A stretch of DNA of 64,000 bases from NCBI GenBank assembly GCA_036257195.1, contig DATAFX010000093.1, forward strand, positions 2,308 through 66,307. Reading direction: 5' to 3'. This document shows positions 56,947 through 64,000 of the stretch, one piece after another. The DNA comes from Candidatus Methylomirabilota bacterium. GTDB lineage: Bacteria > Methylomirabilota > Methylomirabilia > Rokubacteriales > DASRDR01. The stretch's first letter is position 1; every line of letters starts with the position of its first letter. A program made the position numbers and the translations under genes. The notes below the pieces were generated by a model. The model saw only the letters and a list, made by a program, of their open reading frames with translations, was not told the origin of the DNA and did no database searches.

Positions 56947-58280
56947 GGGGAAGCCACGCGGTCGACGAAGCGAGCGGCCAGCCCGGTGTAGCGGGCGGGG
57001 TCGAGGAGGGCGTCCAGCTCGGCCGGGCCCAGGTAGGGGCGGACCCGAGGGTCCTCGAGGAGCAGCTGCCTGAGCGATCGCTGGCCCTCCACCGCGTCCA
57101 TGCACAGCTCGTAGACGACCTCGTGGGCCTGCTGGCGGCCGATGTGTCGTCCGAGCGCCAGCATCACGGCCTCGCTCAGGAGGAGTCCGTCGAGCACCTG
57201 CAGGTTGTCCCGCATCCGCGCCGGGTACACCTGGAGGCCGGCGAGGATGGCCTGGGTCCCACGCAGCATCCCGGCGACGAGGCACGAGGCTTCGGGCACG
57301 ACCGCCTGCTCGGTTACGCCCGCCCGCTTGTCCCGCTCGTGGGCCGAGACCATGCCCTGGAGGGCCGGCGCGACCTGCGCGTGAAGGAGCCGGCCCAGCG
57401 CCACCACGTGTTCGCATGCCGACGGGTTGCGCTTGTGGGGCATCGTGCTGGACCCGACCTTCCCCCGGTGAAACGGCTCCTCCACTTCCGCCACTTCCGT
57501 CTTCTGGAGGTCGATGACCTCGTTCGCGATCTTCGCGAGGGTGCCGCCAACCAGCGCGTAGGTACAGACGACCTCGGCCACGCCGTCCCGGGCGGTGTGC
57601 CAGGCGATCTCCGGGAGGGCCAGACCCAGGTCCTCGCAGAAGAGCGCCTGGAGCTCGAAGCCCTTCTCGCCGATGGACGCGAGCGTGCCCACCCCGCCCC
57701 CCAGCTGACCTCGAAAGACCCGGGGCTCGAGCTGGGCGAGCCGCTCGAGGTGGCGGTCCACTTCGGCCACCCATACGGCGAGCTTGTAGCCGAACGTGAT
57801 CGGCAGGGCCTGCTGCCCGTGGGTCCGGCCCGCCTGGACGGTGTCGCGATGGCGGCGGGCGAGGGCCGCGAGCAGTCCTCGGATCTCGCCGAGGTCGCGC
57901 GTCACGATGGCGTGGCTCGCCCGGAGCTGGAGCACGAGGCCTGTGTCGAGGACGTCCTGGGTCGTCGCACCCCAGTGGATGTACTCGGCCGCGTCCGGCG
58001 CGCACGCGCGCGCAAGGCACCGGATCAGGGGCATGATCGGATGGCGGGCTCGGTCGAGCTCCCGCTTCATCTCGGCGAGGTCGAGGAGCTCGACGCGCGC
58101 CTTCCGGCTGATCTCCTCGGCCGCCGTGGCGGGGACGATGCCCAGCCGGGCCTCGGCGCGGGCGAGCGCGGCCTCGACGTCGAGCCAGCGCTGAATCATC
58201 GCCCGGTCGCTCCAGACCTCGCGCATCTCGGCGGTCGAGTAGAGATCCCCGAAGAACCCGCTGTCGATCATCCCGGCCAT
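56943..58280 (-). CDS. Class I lyase (fumarase/aspartase superfamily), adenylosuccinate lyase / 3-carboxymuconate cycloisomerase-like
   Basis: 445 aa from MAGMIDSGFF, with HWGATTQDV and the GSSTMPHKRNP signature. Confidence 0.85.
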   Translation of the reverse strand: MAGMIDSGFFGDLYSTAEMREVWSDRAMIQRWLDVEAALARAEARLGIVPATAAEEISRKARVELLDLAEMKRELDRARHPIMPLIRCLARACAPDAAEYIHWGATTQDVLDTGLVLQLRASHAIVTRDLGEIRGLLAALARRHRDTVQAGRTHGQQALPITFGYKLAVWVAEVDRHLERLAQLEPRVFRGQLGGGVGTLASIGEKGFELQALFCEDLGLALPEIAWHTARDGVAEVVCTYALVGGTLAKIANEVIDLQKTEVAEVEEPFHRGKVGSSTMPHKRNPSACEHVVALGRLLHAQVAPALQGMVSAHERDKRAGVTEQAVVPEASCLVAGMLRGTQAILAGLQVYPARMRDNLQVLDGLLLSEAVMLALGRHIGRQQAHEVVYELCMDAVEGQRSLRQLLLEDPRVRPYLGPAELDALLDPARYTGLAARFVDRVASP

Positions 58281-58296
58281 GGGCCCTCCCGTCGCG

Positions 58297-59001
58297 TCAG
58301 ACGTGCGAGACGGGCTGGCCACGGTCCTCGCGCGCCCGGTTGAGGTAGCTCTCGAGGGCCTGGCGTGCCAGCTCCCGGGCCCCCAGCCCGAAGGCGAGCG
58401 AGAGCGCCAGCACCGCGCCCCCGAAGGCGATGCCGAAGACGAGCAGGACCATCTCGCGCGCGACGCCGAGCTCCGTCAGGGCGACCGCGGCCGCCACCGT
58501 GAGGACCAGCCAGCGGACCGCCGCCGCCAGCAGCGAAGCTCCGGCCACCTGGGCGTTGACCGCCGCGATCAGGACTCCCTGGGCCAGGAACTGGGCCAGC
58601 ATCCAGCCCCCGACCACGACCAGGACCGCCACGATGACGTGAGGCAGGAACGCGAGCAGGGTGCCGACCGCCCCCCTGGTTCCCGGCATCTCCAGGGCCT
58701 CGACGGCCATGAGGAGCCCGACCAGGAAGATGGCCCAGTAGACAAGCCGCCCGACGAGCTCGGTCGGCGAGAGCCGGTGACCGCTCCGGCCGAGCGCTCC
58801 GCTGAGGCCCCATCGCACGCAGCGCGCGTCGAGGTCCGCCGCGCTCATGATCCGCAGGGCGACCCGGCGGACCAGGGCGGCGACCGCCCACCCGAGCAGG
58901 ATCAGCGTGAGCGCGGCCAGCAGGCGAGGCGTCACGACCAGGAGTCGATGCCCCACGTCCCGGATCGCGTCGAGGACGATGTCGCTCCATTCCTGTTGCA
59001 T
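58297..59001 (-). CDS. Hypothetical membrane protein (TM-helix-repeat, MscS-N-terminal-like)
   Basis: 234 aa from MQQEWSDIVLDAIRDVGHRLL with 4-5 TM helices and a GGAGG ribosome-binding site. The ORF's upstream 100 aa are rejected. Confidence 0.55.
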   Translation of the reverse strand: MQQEWSDIVLDAIRDVGHRLLVVTPRLLAALTLILLGWAVAALVRRVALRIMSAADLDARCVRWGLSGALGRSGHRLSPTELVGRLVYWAIFLVGLLMAVEALEMPGTRGAVGTLLAFLPHVIVAVLVVVGGWMLAQFLAQGVLIAAVNAQVAGASLLAAAVRWLVLTVAAAVALTELGVAREMVLLVFGIAFGGAVLALSLAFGLGARELARQALESYLNRAREDRGQPVSHV

Positions 59002-59003
59002 CG

Positions 59004-60248
59004 CTACCTCCATCGAGCCGAGAGGACGGACTTCTCGGCTTCGAAGGCCGAACCGACTCGCTCCAGGGCGTCGGCGCCCCCGGGCGAGGATCCGGCCTGG
59101 GTTTCGAGCACGAATGCGGCGATCCGACCGAGATAGAGCGGCGTCAGCGCCCGAAGGAGGTGATCCCGGGGCAGCCGCCGTTCGTGGTGAGCCACCGCGA
59201 AGTCGACGACCACGCGAGCCCACAGGGGTGGCGGGAAGCGGAAATCGTCGGGTCCGAGGAGTCCCAACGGATAGAGTTGACCGAGCGTCTCGTCCGACAG
59301 GGCCTGCTCCCAAAGCGGGAGGAGATCCTTCAGGCCGAGGTGAAAGGCCCGGACCATCCGATCCGGCCGGACGTCACCGGCCGGCGGCGCCATGGACCCC
59401 GCGTGACCCCGCCGGGGGACCGGCACGCTCCCCCGCACGTCCTGCCACGTGCCGGGATCGCGCTCCATGAGGCGGAAGAGCGGCCCGACGGCGTCCACGA
59501 GGGTGTGGGCCAGATCGGTGGGAGCCACGCCGGGATCGAGCTGTTTCCGCCCCAGGTGCACCTCGACTACCGCATGCTGGCGGGTCAGGGCCTGGCCGAG
59601 AAGCCGCATCTCCGCTCCCTGGCCCGTCGGCTCGTCGTCCCACTCCTCCGCCGGGGGCAGGGTGTCGAGGAGCGCGGCCGAGACCCCCGCGCAGCCCCCG
59701 AGCACTTCCTGGAGGCGCTTGCCGAAGAGCGCGCGCACGAGGGGTCCCAGGAGATTCGTGGTGAGCGTGCCGTCCGTGAGCGCTCGGTCGTAGACGGGCG
59801 AGACGTAGTCGGCGTCCCCGCCGAGCGCGGGAGCCAGGAGGATCTCGACCGACTCGGGGGCGAGACTGACGAGGCCCGCGTCGACGACGCTCGCGGCGCG
59901 GGCCCCGACGTGCCGCGCCGCGGCCAGTGCCGCGAGGACCGCCCGCCCTCGGCCTGGGCGCCCCGCCACGCGGGCGCTCGCGACGGGCACGGCCCCGCCG
60001 TCTACGGGGCGCTGGCTGACGCCTTCGAAGGTGCCGTCCTGCGATCCGCCGTCGACGAAGAGGACGGCGGCTTTCCGCCCGGCGAACCCACGGGCCAGTC
60101 CGGCGGCCACGGTGTCCACGACGCCCCCCGCAGTGTGGGCCTGGTTCAGTGCCGTGACGGCGACCAGCGCCTCCACGGGCCCGAGGGCCTCGACGGATGC
60201 GGCGCCGTCGGGCGGGAGCACGGCCGCGAGGGTGAGCCCGTCGCCCAC
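59004..60248 (-). CDS. GT-A fold glycosyltransferase-like protein
   Basis: VLFVDGGSQDGT (GT2-type DGGSxDGT) and GGDADYV (DxD). The remainder is unusual. The function is not assignable. Confidence 0.5.
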   Translation of the reverse strand: MGDGLTLAAVLPPDGAASVEALGPVEALVAVTALNQAHTAGGVVDTVAAGLARGFAGRKAAVLFVDGGSQDGTFEGVSQRPVDGGAVPVASARVAGRPGRGRAVLAALAAARHVGARAASVVDAGLVSLAPESVEILLAPALGGDADYVSPVYDRALTDGTLTTNLLGPLVRALFGKRLQEVLGGCAGVSAALLDTLPPAEEWDDEPTGQGAEMRLLGQALTRQHAVVEVHLGRKQLDPGVAPTDLAHTLVDAVGPLFRLMERDPGTWQDVRGSVPVPRRGHAGSMAPPAGDVRPDRMVRAFHLGLKDLLPLWEQALSDETLGQLYPLGLLGPDDFRFPPPLWARVVVDFAVAHHERRLPRDHLLRALTPLYLGRIAAFVLETQAGSSPGGADALERVGSAFEAEKSVLSARWR

Positions 60249-60258
60249 GCCGCCCTCG

Positions 60259-61461
60259 CTAGGCGGTCATCTGGGCGAGGAGGGCCAGGTAGTCCCCCAG
60301 GTGACGCGGCAGCAGGAAGTTGCGGCGCACGTACTCACGGGCAGCCCCGCCCAGGCGCGCGGCAAGGTCGGGACTCTGGAGAAGCTGCCGGATGCGGAAC
60401 GCCGCCCCCTCGACCGAGCCCACGGTGTAGCCGGTGACCTCGGAGAGGACCTGGGCCGGGATCCCGCCCGCGACGCTTCCCACGACCGGCTTGCCCTTCC
60501 ACATCGCCTCGGCCACGGCCAGGCCGAACCCCTCCTGCCGCGGCAGGTGCAGGACCACGGTCGCCGCCCGCTGGAGCGCGTTCAGCTCCCGGGCGGCGTC
60601 GGGCGGTATCACCAGCACGTGGGCGTCCGAGTCCTGTCCCGCGGCCTCGCGGAGCTCGGCCAGGACGGCGCTCCCCTCCGGGTTGTCCGTCGCCCCCCAG
60701 CCCGCGAGCACGAGCCGGCACGACACGTACTTCCGCGCGAGATAGAAGGCGGTCAGCGCCCCCTTGGGATCGGCGGCGCGGGAGTAGGCGCCGATCTGGA
60801 GGAGGATCGGCTTGTCCCGGGGAATGCCGAAGCGATCCAGGACCTCGCGCACCTCGCTCCGTCCGAGCTCCCGGTTCTTCTCGCCGAGCGGATCGATCGA
60901 GGGATGGACGACCAGCATCGGGACGCGGACCCGCTGGGCGAACTTGGGCATCGAGTACACGACGACGTCGTAACGCTCGAGGTCGCGGCGCACGAGGTGC
61001 CAAGCGCGCCGCCAGGCATGGGAAAGGTCGGCGTGGCAGCGCCAGGCCCAGCGACCGCGCTCCGAGCGGTGGCGGACCAGCGGCAGGGCCGGAAGGTCAT
61101 GGACCATGACGAGGTCGGACTCGAGCCGGAGCGCGGCGGCGTTCGTCGCGGCGGTCTCCACGTAGGAGACGAGCATGGCTTCCGTGATGGTTGCTGGCTG
61201 GCCGCCGAGGGCGGTCTCGAGCGCGCGAGCCGCTCCGTAAAACGTCGGGTCTCCGACGATCACCTCCCACGTGGCATCGACACCCAGGTCCTGGAACAAG
61301 GGCACGAGCCGAGCCAGGATCTCCGAGGACCCGCTGCCGTAGCGGCTGGCGTTGACGTGGACGAAGCGCCGTCCCTGCAGCCGCTCCGCGAGCTTCAGCA
61401 GGAGATCGATCGCGCCCCGCGGCGCGACGTCACGGTAGTCCTCGAGGCGCGCACCGGTCAT
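60259..61461 (-). CDS. treT: Trehalose synthase TreT-type (GT4, NDP-glucose:glucose glucosyltransferase)
   Basis: 400 aa from MTGARLEDYRD. FVHVNASRYGSGSSEIL...DATWEVI, WAWRCHADLS, SIDPLGEKN and EGFGLAVAEAMWKGKPVVGS are collinear with archaeal/bacterial TreT. ATGA-coupled to the upstream gene. Confidence 0.8.
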   Translation of the reverse strand: MTGARLEDYRDVAPRGAIDLLLKLAERLQGRRFVHVNASRYGSGSSEILARLVPLFQDLGVDATWEVIVGDPTFYGAARALETALGGQPATITEAMLVSYVETAATNAAALRLESDLVMVHDLPALPLVRHRSERGRWAWRCHADLSHAWRRAWHLVRRDLERYDVVVYSMPKFAQRVRVPMLVVHPSIDPLGEKNRELGRSEVREVLDRFGIPRDKPILLQIGAYSRAADPKGALTAFYLARKYVSCRLVLAGWGATDNPEGSAVLAELREAAGQDSDAHVLVIPPDAARELNALQRAATVVLHLPRQEGFGLAVAEAMWKGKPVVGSVAGGIPAQVLSEVTGYTVGSVEGAAFRIRQLLQSPDLAARLGGAAREYVRRNFLLPRHLGDYLALLAQMTA

Positions 61462-63710
61462 CGGCCGGCTCCCGCGGCCAACGCCTCGTCGAGGAGCGCG
61501 ATGAGCCGCACCCGGGCCTGCTCGAGGCCGGCGGCGTAGGGGTTCACGGCCTGGACGCGGGCGGCCAGCTCGGGCAGCCCGAGGCCTCGCTCGAGCCAGG
61601 CCGCGAAGTCGTTGCGCCCCCGGCCGAGCCGAAGCCGGGCCTCGACGAGGTGGAAGTAGAGGGCGCTCTGGTCGATCTCGAGGAGGGCGTTCCGGAGCTC
61701 GGGGAGCGTTCGCGCCTCGACTCCCGTCGGGACCTCGACGATCTTCGACTGTATGAAATCGAAGGGCTCCCCGGATACCAGCTGCGGCACGATGCCGAGA
61801 CGTCGGAGATGCTCGTCCACCACCGACACCAGCTCTTCCCGAAGGGCCTGCAGACTCGTGAAGTCGGCGGGGTCCACCATCGCTAGCCGCTCGCCCAGGA
61901 TCCGGTCCCGCACCTGGACGTCGACCCACGTTGCGAAATCGTTCGGGTATGGTCCGATCGCGAGCCGATGCCGCAGCAGGAAGCCGTGGGTGTGGTAGTA
62001 GATCGAGTCGAGCGGAACCTCGTCCAGGAGCTGGGCCAGCTGCCGCTCGTTTTCCGAGCGAAGGCCGACGAACTCCTTGAGCTCCATGCACGCCGTGAAG
62101 ACGAAGGGGCCCTCGCCCGGCTGGAGCCGCCCGGCCGCCGGACCGGGGAGCCTCGCGATCGCGCGCTCGAGCGCGGCAACGGGGACCCCGACCCAGGCGG
62201 GGCGATTGGCGAGCTCGTATCCGAGCTCGTAGAGCGCCTTGTCAAGCTCGTAGGCGTGGAGCGCTCGATCGAACGGCTCGCGCTCCCTCGGCACCAACGT
62301 CGGGCCACCGGCCCCGCCCACCTCGCCGAGATACGCCTCCAGGAACGCGGCCCGCATTCCCTCCTCCCACGTGTCGGCCCAGGGCCGGAGGCGCTCCTCC
62401 AGCCGAGCCTCGTGGGGGCTCGCCTCCAGGCGGCGTCCGAGGGCAACGCGCGCCGCGTAGGCGAACGAGCGGAGCATCCCGGCCACGTCCTTGAGCACGC
62501 ACTGCTTCGCCTGCCGCTCGGCCAGGGTCCGCGCGGGCTCGCCCTCGAAGTCCAGGATGGTGAAACCGTCTGCGGTTCGCAGGAGCTGCCCGAGATGGTA
62601 GTCGCCGTGAACGCGGATCTTCACGACGCCCGCGGCCGCGAGCGAGTCCACAACGCGCAGCGCATCCCCGAGCCGTGCGCCGTCGGCCGCGACTCGTGCC
62701 GCCGATCCCTGGAGGACCGGCGGGAGGCGCGGCAACCCGTCGGCGAGCGCTTGGGTCGCCCGGCCCAACTGGTCGAGCATCGCTTCCATCCAGGCGGCCG
62801 CGTCGCCCGCGGTGATCGGCTCGGGGGCCAGGGCGTGGCCCGGCGGTGCCGAGGCCAGCGCTCGGTGAAGGCGACCGGTGAGCACGCCGAGCCGAGCCGC
62901 CTCGTGCGCGTCGGCCGACGCCAGAGCGCGGGCGAACACGGGGTCCGGCGACTCCTCCCCCCGTCCCTCGATCGCGGCGGCATAGTACTCGACGAGCCGC
63001 TCCAGGGTGGCTGTCCACGCGTCCCCCTGGTTCGGGACGAACTCGTCCAGCACGGCCAGCGTGACCGGCTCCGCCCCCTCGGCCTGATAGGCAACGGAAC
63101 CGGCGAGCCGGGGGGCACCGGCGAATGCCGCCTGGCGGGTAAGGAAATCCGTCAGCTCGAGCTCGGGGCTCGGACCGGATTGAAGCCGCCTGAACAGCTT
63201 CAGGATGCCCCGGCGGTCGTAGACGATCGAGGTGTTACTCTGCTCACCGGCGATGGGTCGGGACTCGTGGGGCGCGGTCGGCAGGATCTCGGCCAGGACC
63301 GGCGTCGCCGTGAACCGAAACGTGCCGCGGGTGCCCGCGAGCGTCCCGCCGTTCCGGATCGCCTCCAGCAGAGCCAGGCCGAACGCTGGATCGCCCATCG
63401 CGTCGGTGAACGGCTCCTGGCCGGCGCCCGGCGGTGCGACGGGGATGCAGTAGCGCTCCCGACCCTGGTCGCCGAAGATCACGTCGAACAGGGCGAGCAG
63501 CCCGGTGGTCCCAGGTATCGCGGTGTGATCGGCCGGGGTGACCAGGGAGACGTCCCGGTTCTTGCTGCCGAACCAACGCTGGCCGCTCAGGGTATCTCGC
63601 AGGGCGGCGGCGGCGCGGACGGTGAGAGCCTCCGACGCCGAGGGCTCGCGATCCCGGGTCGGGGTCTCGCCGCGCCGCCTGGCGGTCACCGGGTTACCCT
63701 CGCTCGGCAT
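61458..63710 (-). CDS. Maltokinase (Mak/Pep2)-like kinase fused to a roughly 270-aa C-terminal domain of unknown function
   Basis: QRWFGSKNRD (Mak N-cap), HGDYHLGQLL and ILDFEGEP (kinase catalytic/Brenner), ...YELANRPAWVGVP (Mak C-terminus), then an extra domain (FVFTACMELKEF...SIYYHTHGFLLRHRL...NPYAAGLEQ). Start taken at MPSEGNP. Confidence 0.75.
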   Translation of the reverse strand: MPSEGNPVTARRRGETPTRDREPSASEALTVRAAAALRDTLSGQRWFGSKNRDVSLVTPADHTAIPGTTGLLALFDVIFGDQGRERYCIPVAPPGAGQEPFTDAMGDPAFGLALLEAIRNGGTLAGTRGTFRFTATPVLAEILPTAPHESRPIAGEQSNTSIVYDRRGILKLFRRLQSGPSPELELTDFLTRQAAFAGAPRLAGSVAYQAEGAEPVTLAVLDEFVPNQGDAWTATLERLVEYYAAAIEGRGEESPDPVFARALASADAHEAARLGVLTGRLHRALASAPPGHALAPEPITAGDAAAWMEAMLDQLGRATQALADGLPRLPPVLQGSAARVAADGARLGDALRVVDSLAAAGVVKIRVHGDYHLGQLLRTADGFTILDFEGEPARTLAERQAKQCVLKDVAGMLRSFAYAARVALGRRLEASPHEARLEERLRPWADTWEEGMRAAFLEAYLGEVGGAGGPTLVPREREPFDRALHAYELDKALYELGYELANRPAWVGVPVAALERAIARLPGPAAGRLQPGEGPFVFTACMELKEFVGLRSENERQLAQLLDEVPLDSIYYHTHGFLLRHRLAIGPYPNDFATWVDVQVRDRILGERLAMVDPADFTSLQALREELVSVVDEHLRRLGIVPQLVSGEPFDFIQSKIVEVPTGVEARTLPELRNALLEIDQSALYFHLVEARLRLGRGRNDFAAWLERGLGLPELAARVQAVNPYAAGLEQARVRLIALLDEALAAGAGR

Positions 63711-64000
63711 CGGGCCTTCTGCTTGCGGCGCCCGGCGGCGGCCCGTGGCGGCGGCCGGGCGCATGGGCCTCGATAAGGGTCTGGTAGAGCGCGAGAGTCC
63801 GGCGGGCCACCGTGGCCCACCCGAAATGCGCCTCGGCCCGCTGCCGCCCCTTCACGCCCATGGTCCGTCGGAGCGCGGGGTCCGCCAGCAGGGTGTTCAG
63901 CGCGCGCGCCAGGGCCCGCGCGAATCCATCGGCATCGCGTGGCTCGACCACTCCGTCGTGCTCGATCAGTTCGACGGGGACGAGGAGGCCGGTCTCCCCG
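63694..64000 (-). CDS. GT4 glycosyltransferase, C-terminal fragment (the gene continues beyond the window end)
   Basis: The open frame to position 64000 encodes ...GETGLLVPVELIEHDGVVEPRDADGFARALARALN...RRTMGVKGRQRAEAHFGWATVARRTLALYQ, a typical GT-B/GT4 C-terminus. Confidence 0.6.
   Translation of the reverse strand, partial: GETGLLVPVELIEHDGVVEPRDADGFARALARALNTLLADPALRRTMGVKGRQRAEAHFGWATVARRTLALYQTLIEAHAPGRRHGPPPGAASRRPDAERG

Noticed and set aside
1-64000. Scan for tRNA, rRNA, CRISPR arrays, IS elements and integrases
   Set aside because: I saw no T-loop (GGTTCGAATCC-like) consensus, no spaced direct-repeat arrays, no transposase or integrase motifs, and no rRNA-like conserved blocks.

Overview
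This is a 64 kb window of a high-GC (about 70 % by eye) bacterial chromosome. It is densely packed with about 60 protein-coding genes and has no rRNA, tRNA, CRISPR or obvious mobile elements. Many long ORFs in the six-frame track are Arg/Pro/Gly-rich antisense artefacts typical of high-GC DNA. I called genes only where the translated sequence shows recognisable family motifs. The content is core and accessory metabolism: a split B12-dependent acyl-CoA mutase, acyl-CoA dehydrogenases and synthetases, a citrate synthase, DapF, an aldehyde dehydrogenase and an F420-type LLM oxidoreductase. There are envelope and transport functions: two M16 peptidases, a HlyD/ABC/ABC-2 efflux module carrying an embedded PLP decarboxylase, MFS transporters, and a YdbH/AsmA-like protein with tandem YnbE-YdbL fusion lipoproteins. 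There are signalling genes (a cNMP-gated MscS channel next to an adenylate cyclase, HD-GYP, a GAF hybrid histidine kinase) and a trehalose/maltokinase cluster (TreT plus Mak with an extra C-terminal domain). A long co-directional gene string runs on the + strand from about 9.1 kb to 27.8 kb. The most unusual locus is at 36.5 to 37.4 kb: a BtuF-like gene (PBP type III fold) carries an in-frame TGA exactly where homologues have a conserved Cys, and a GC hairpin follows at SECIS-like spacing. This makes it a candidate new selenoprotein, or else a pseudogene. It is preceded by a 20-bp perfect inverted repeat built from a reiterated GTCA(A)GGCCTTGAC near-palindrome that brackets the start codon. 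Lineage cannot be fixed from sequence alone. F420-LLM, Tim44-like and c-type cytochrome genes at this GC content are compatible with Rokubacteria/Methylomirabilota-, Myxococcota- or Actinobacteria-like genomes.
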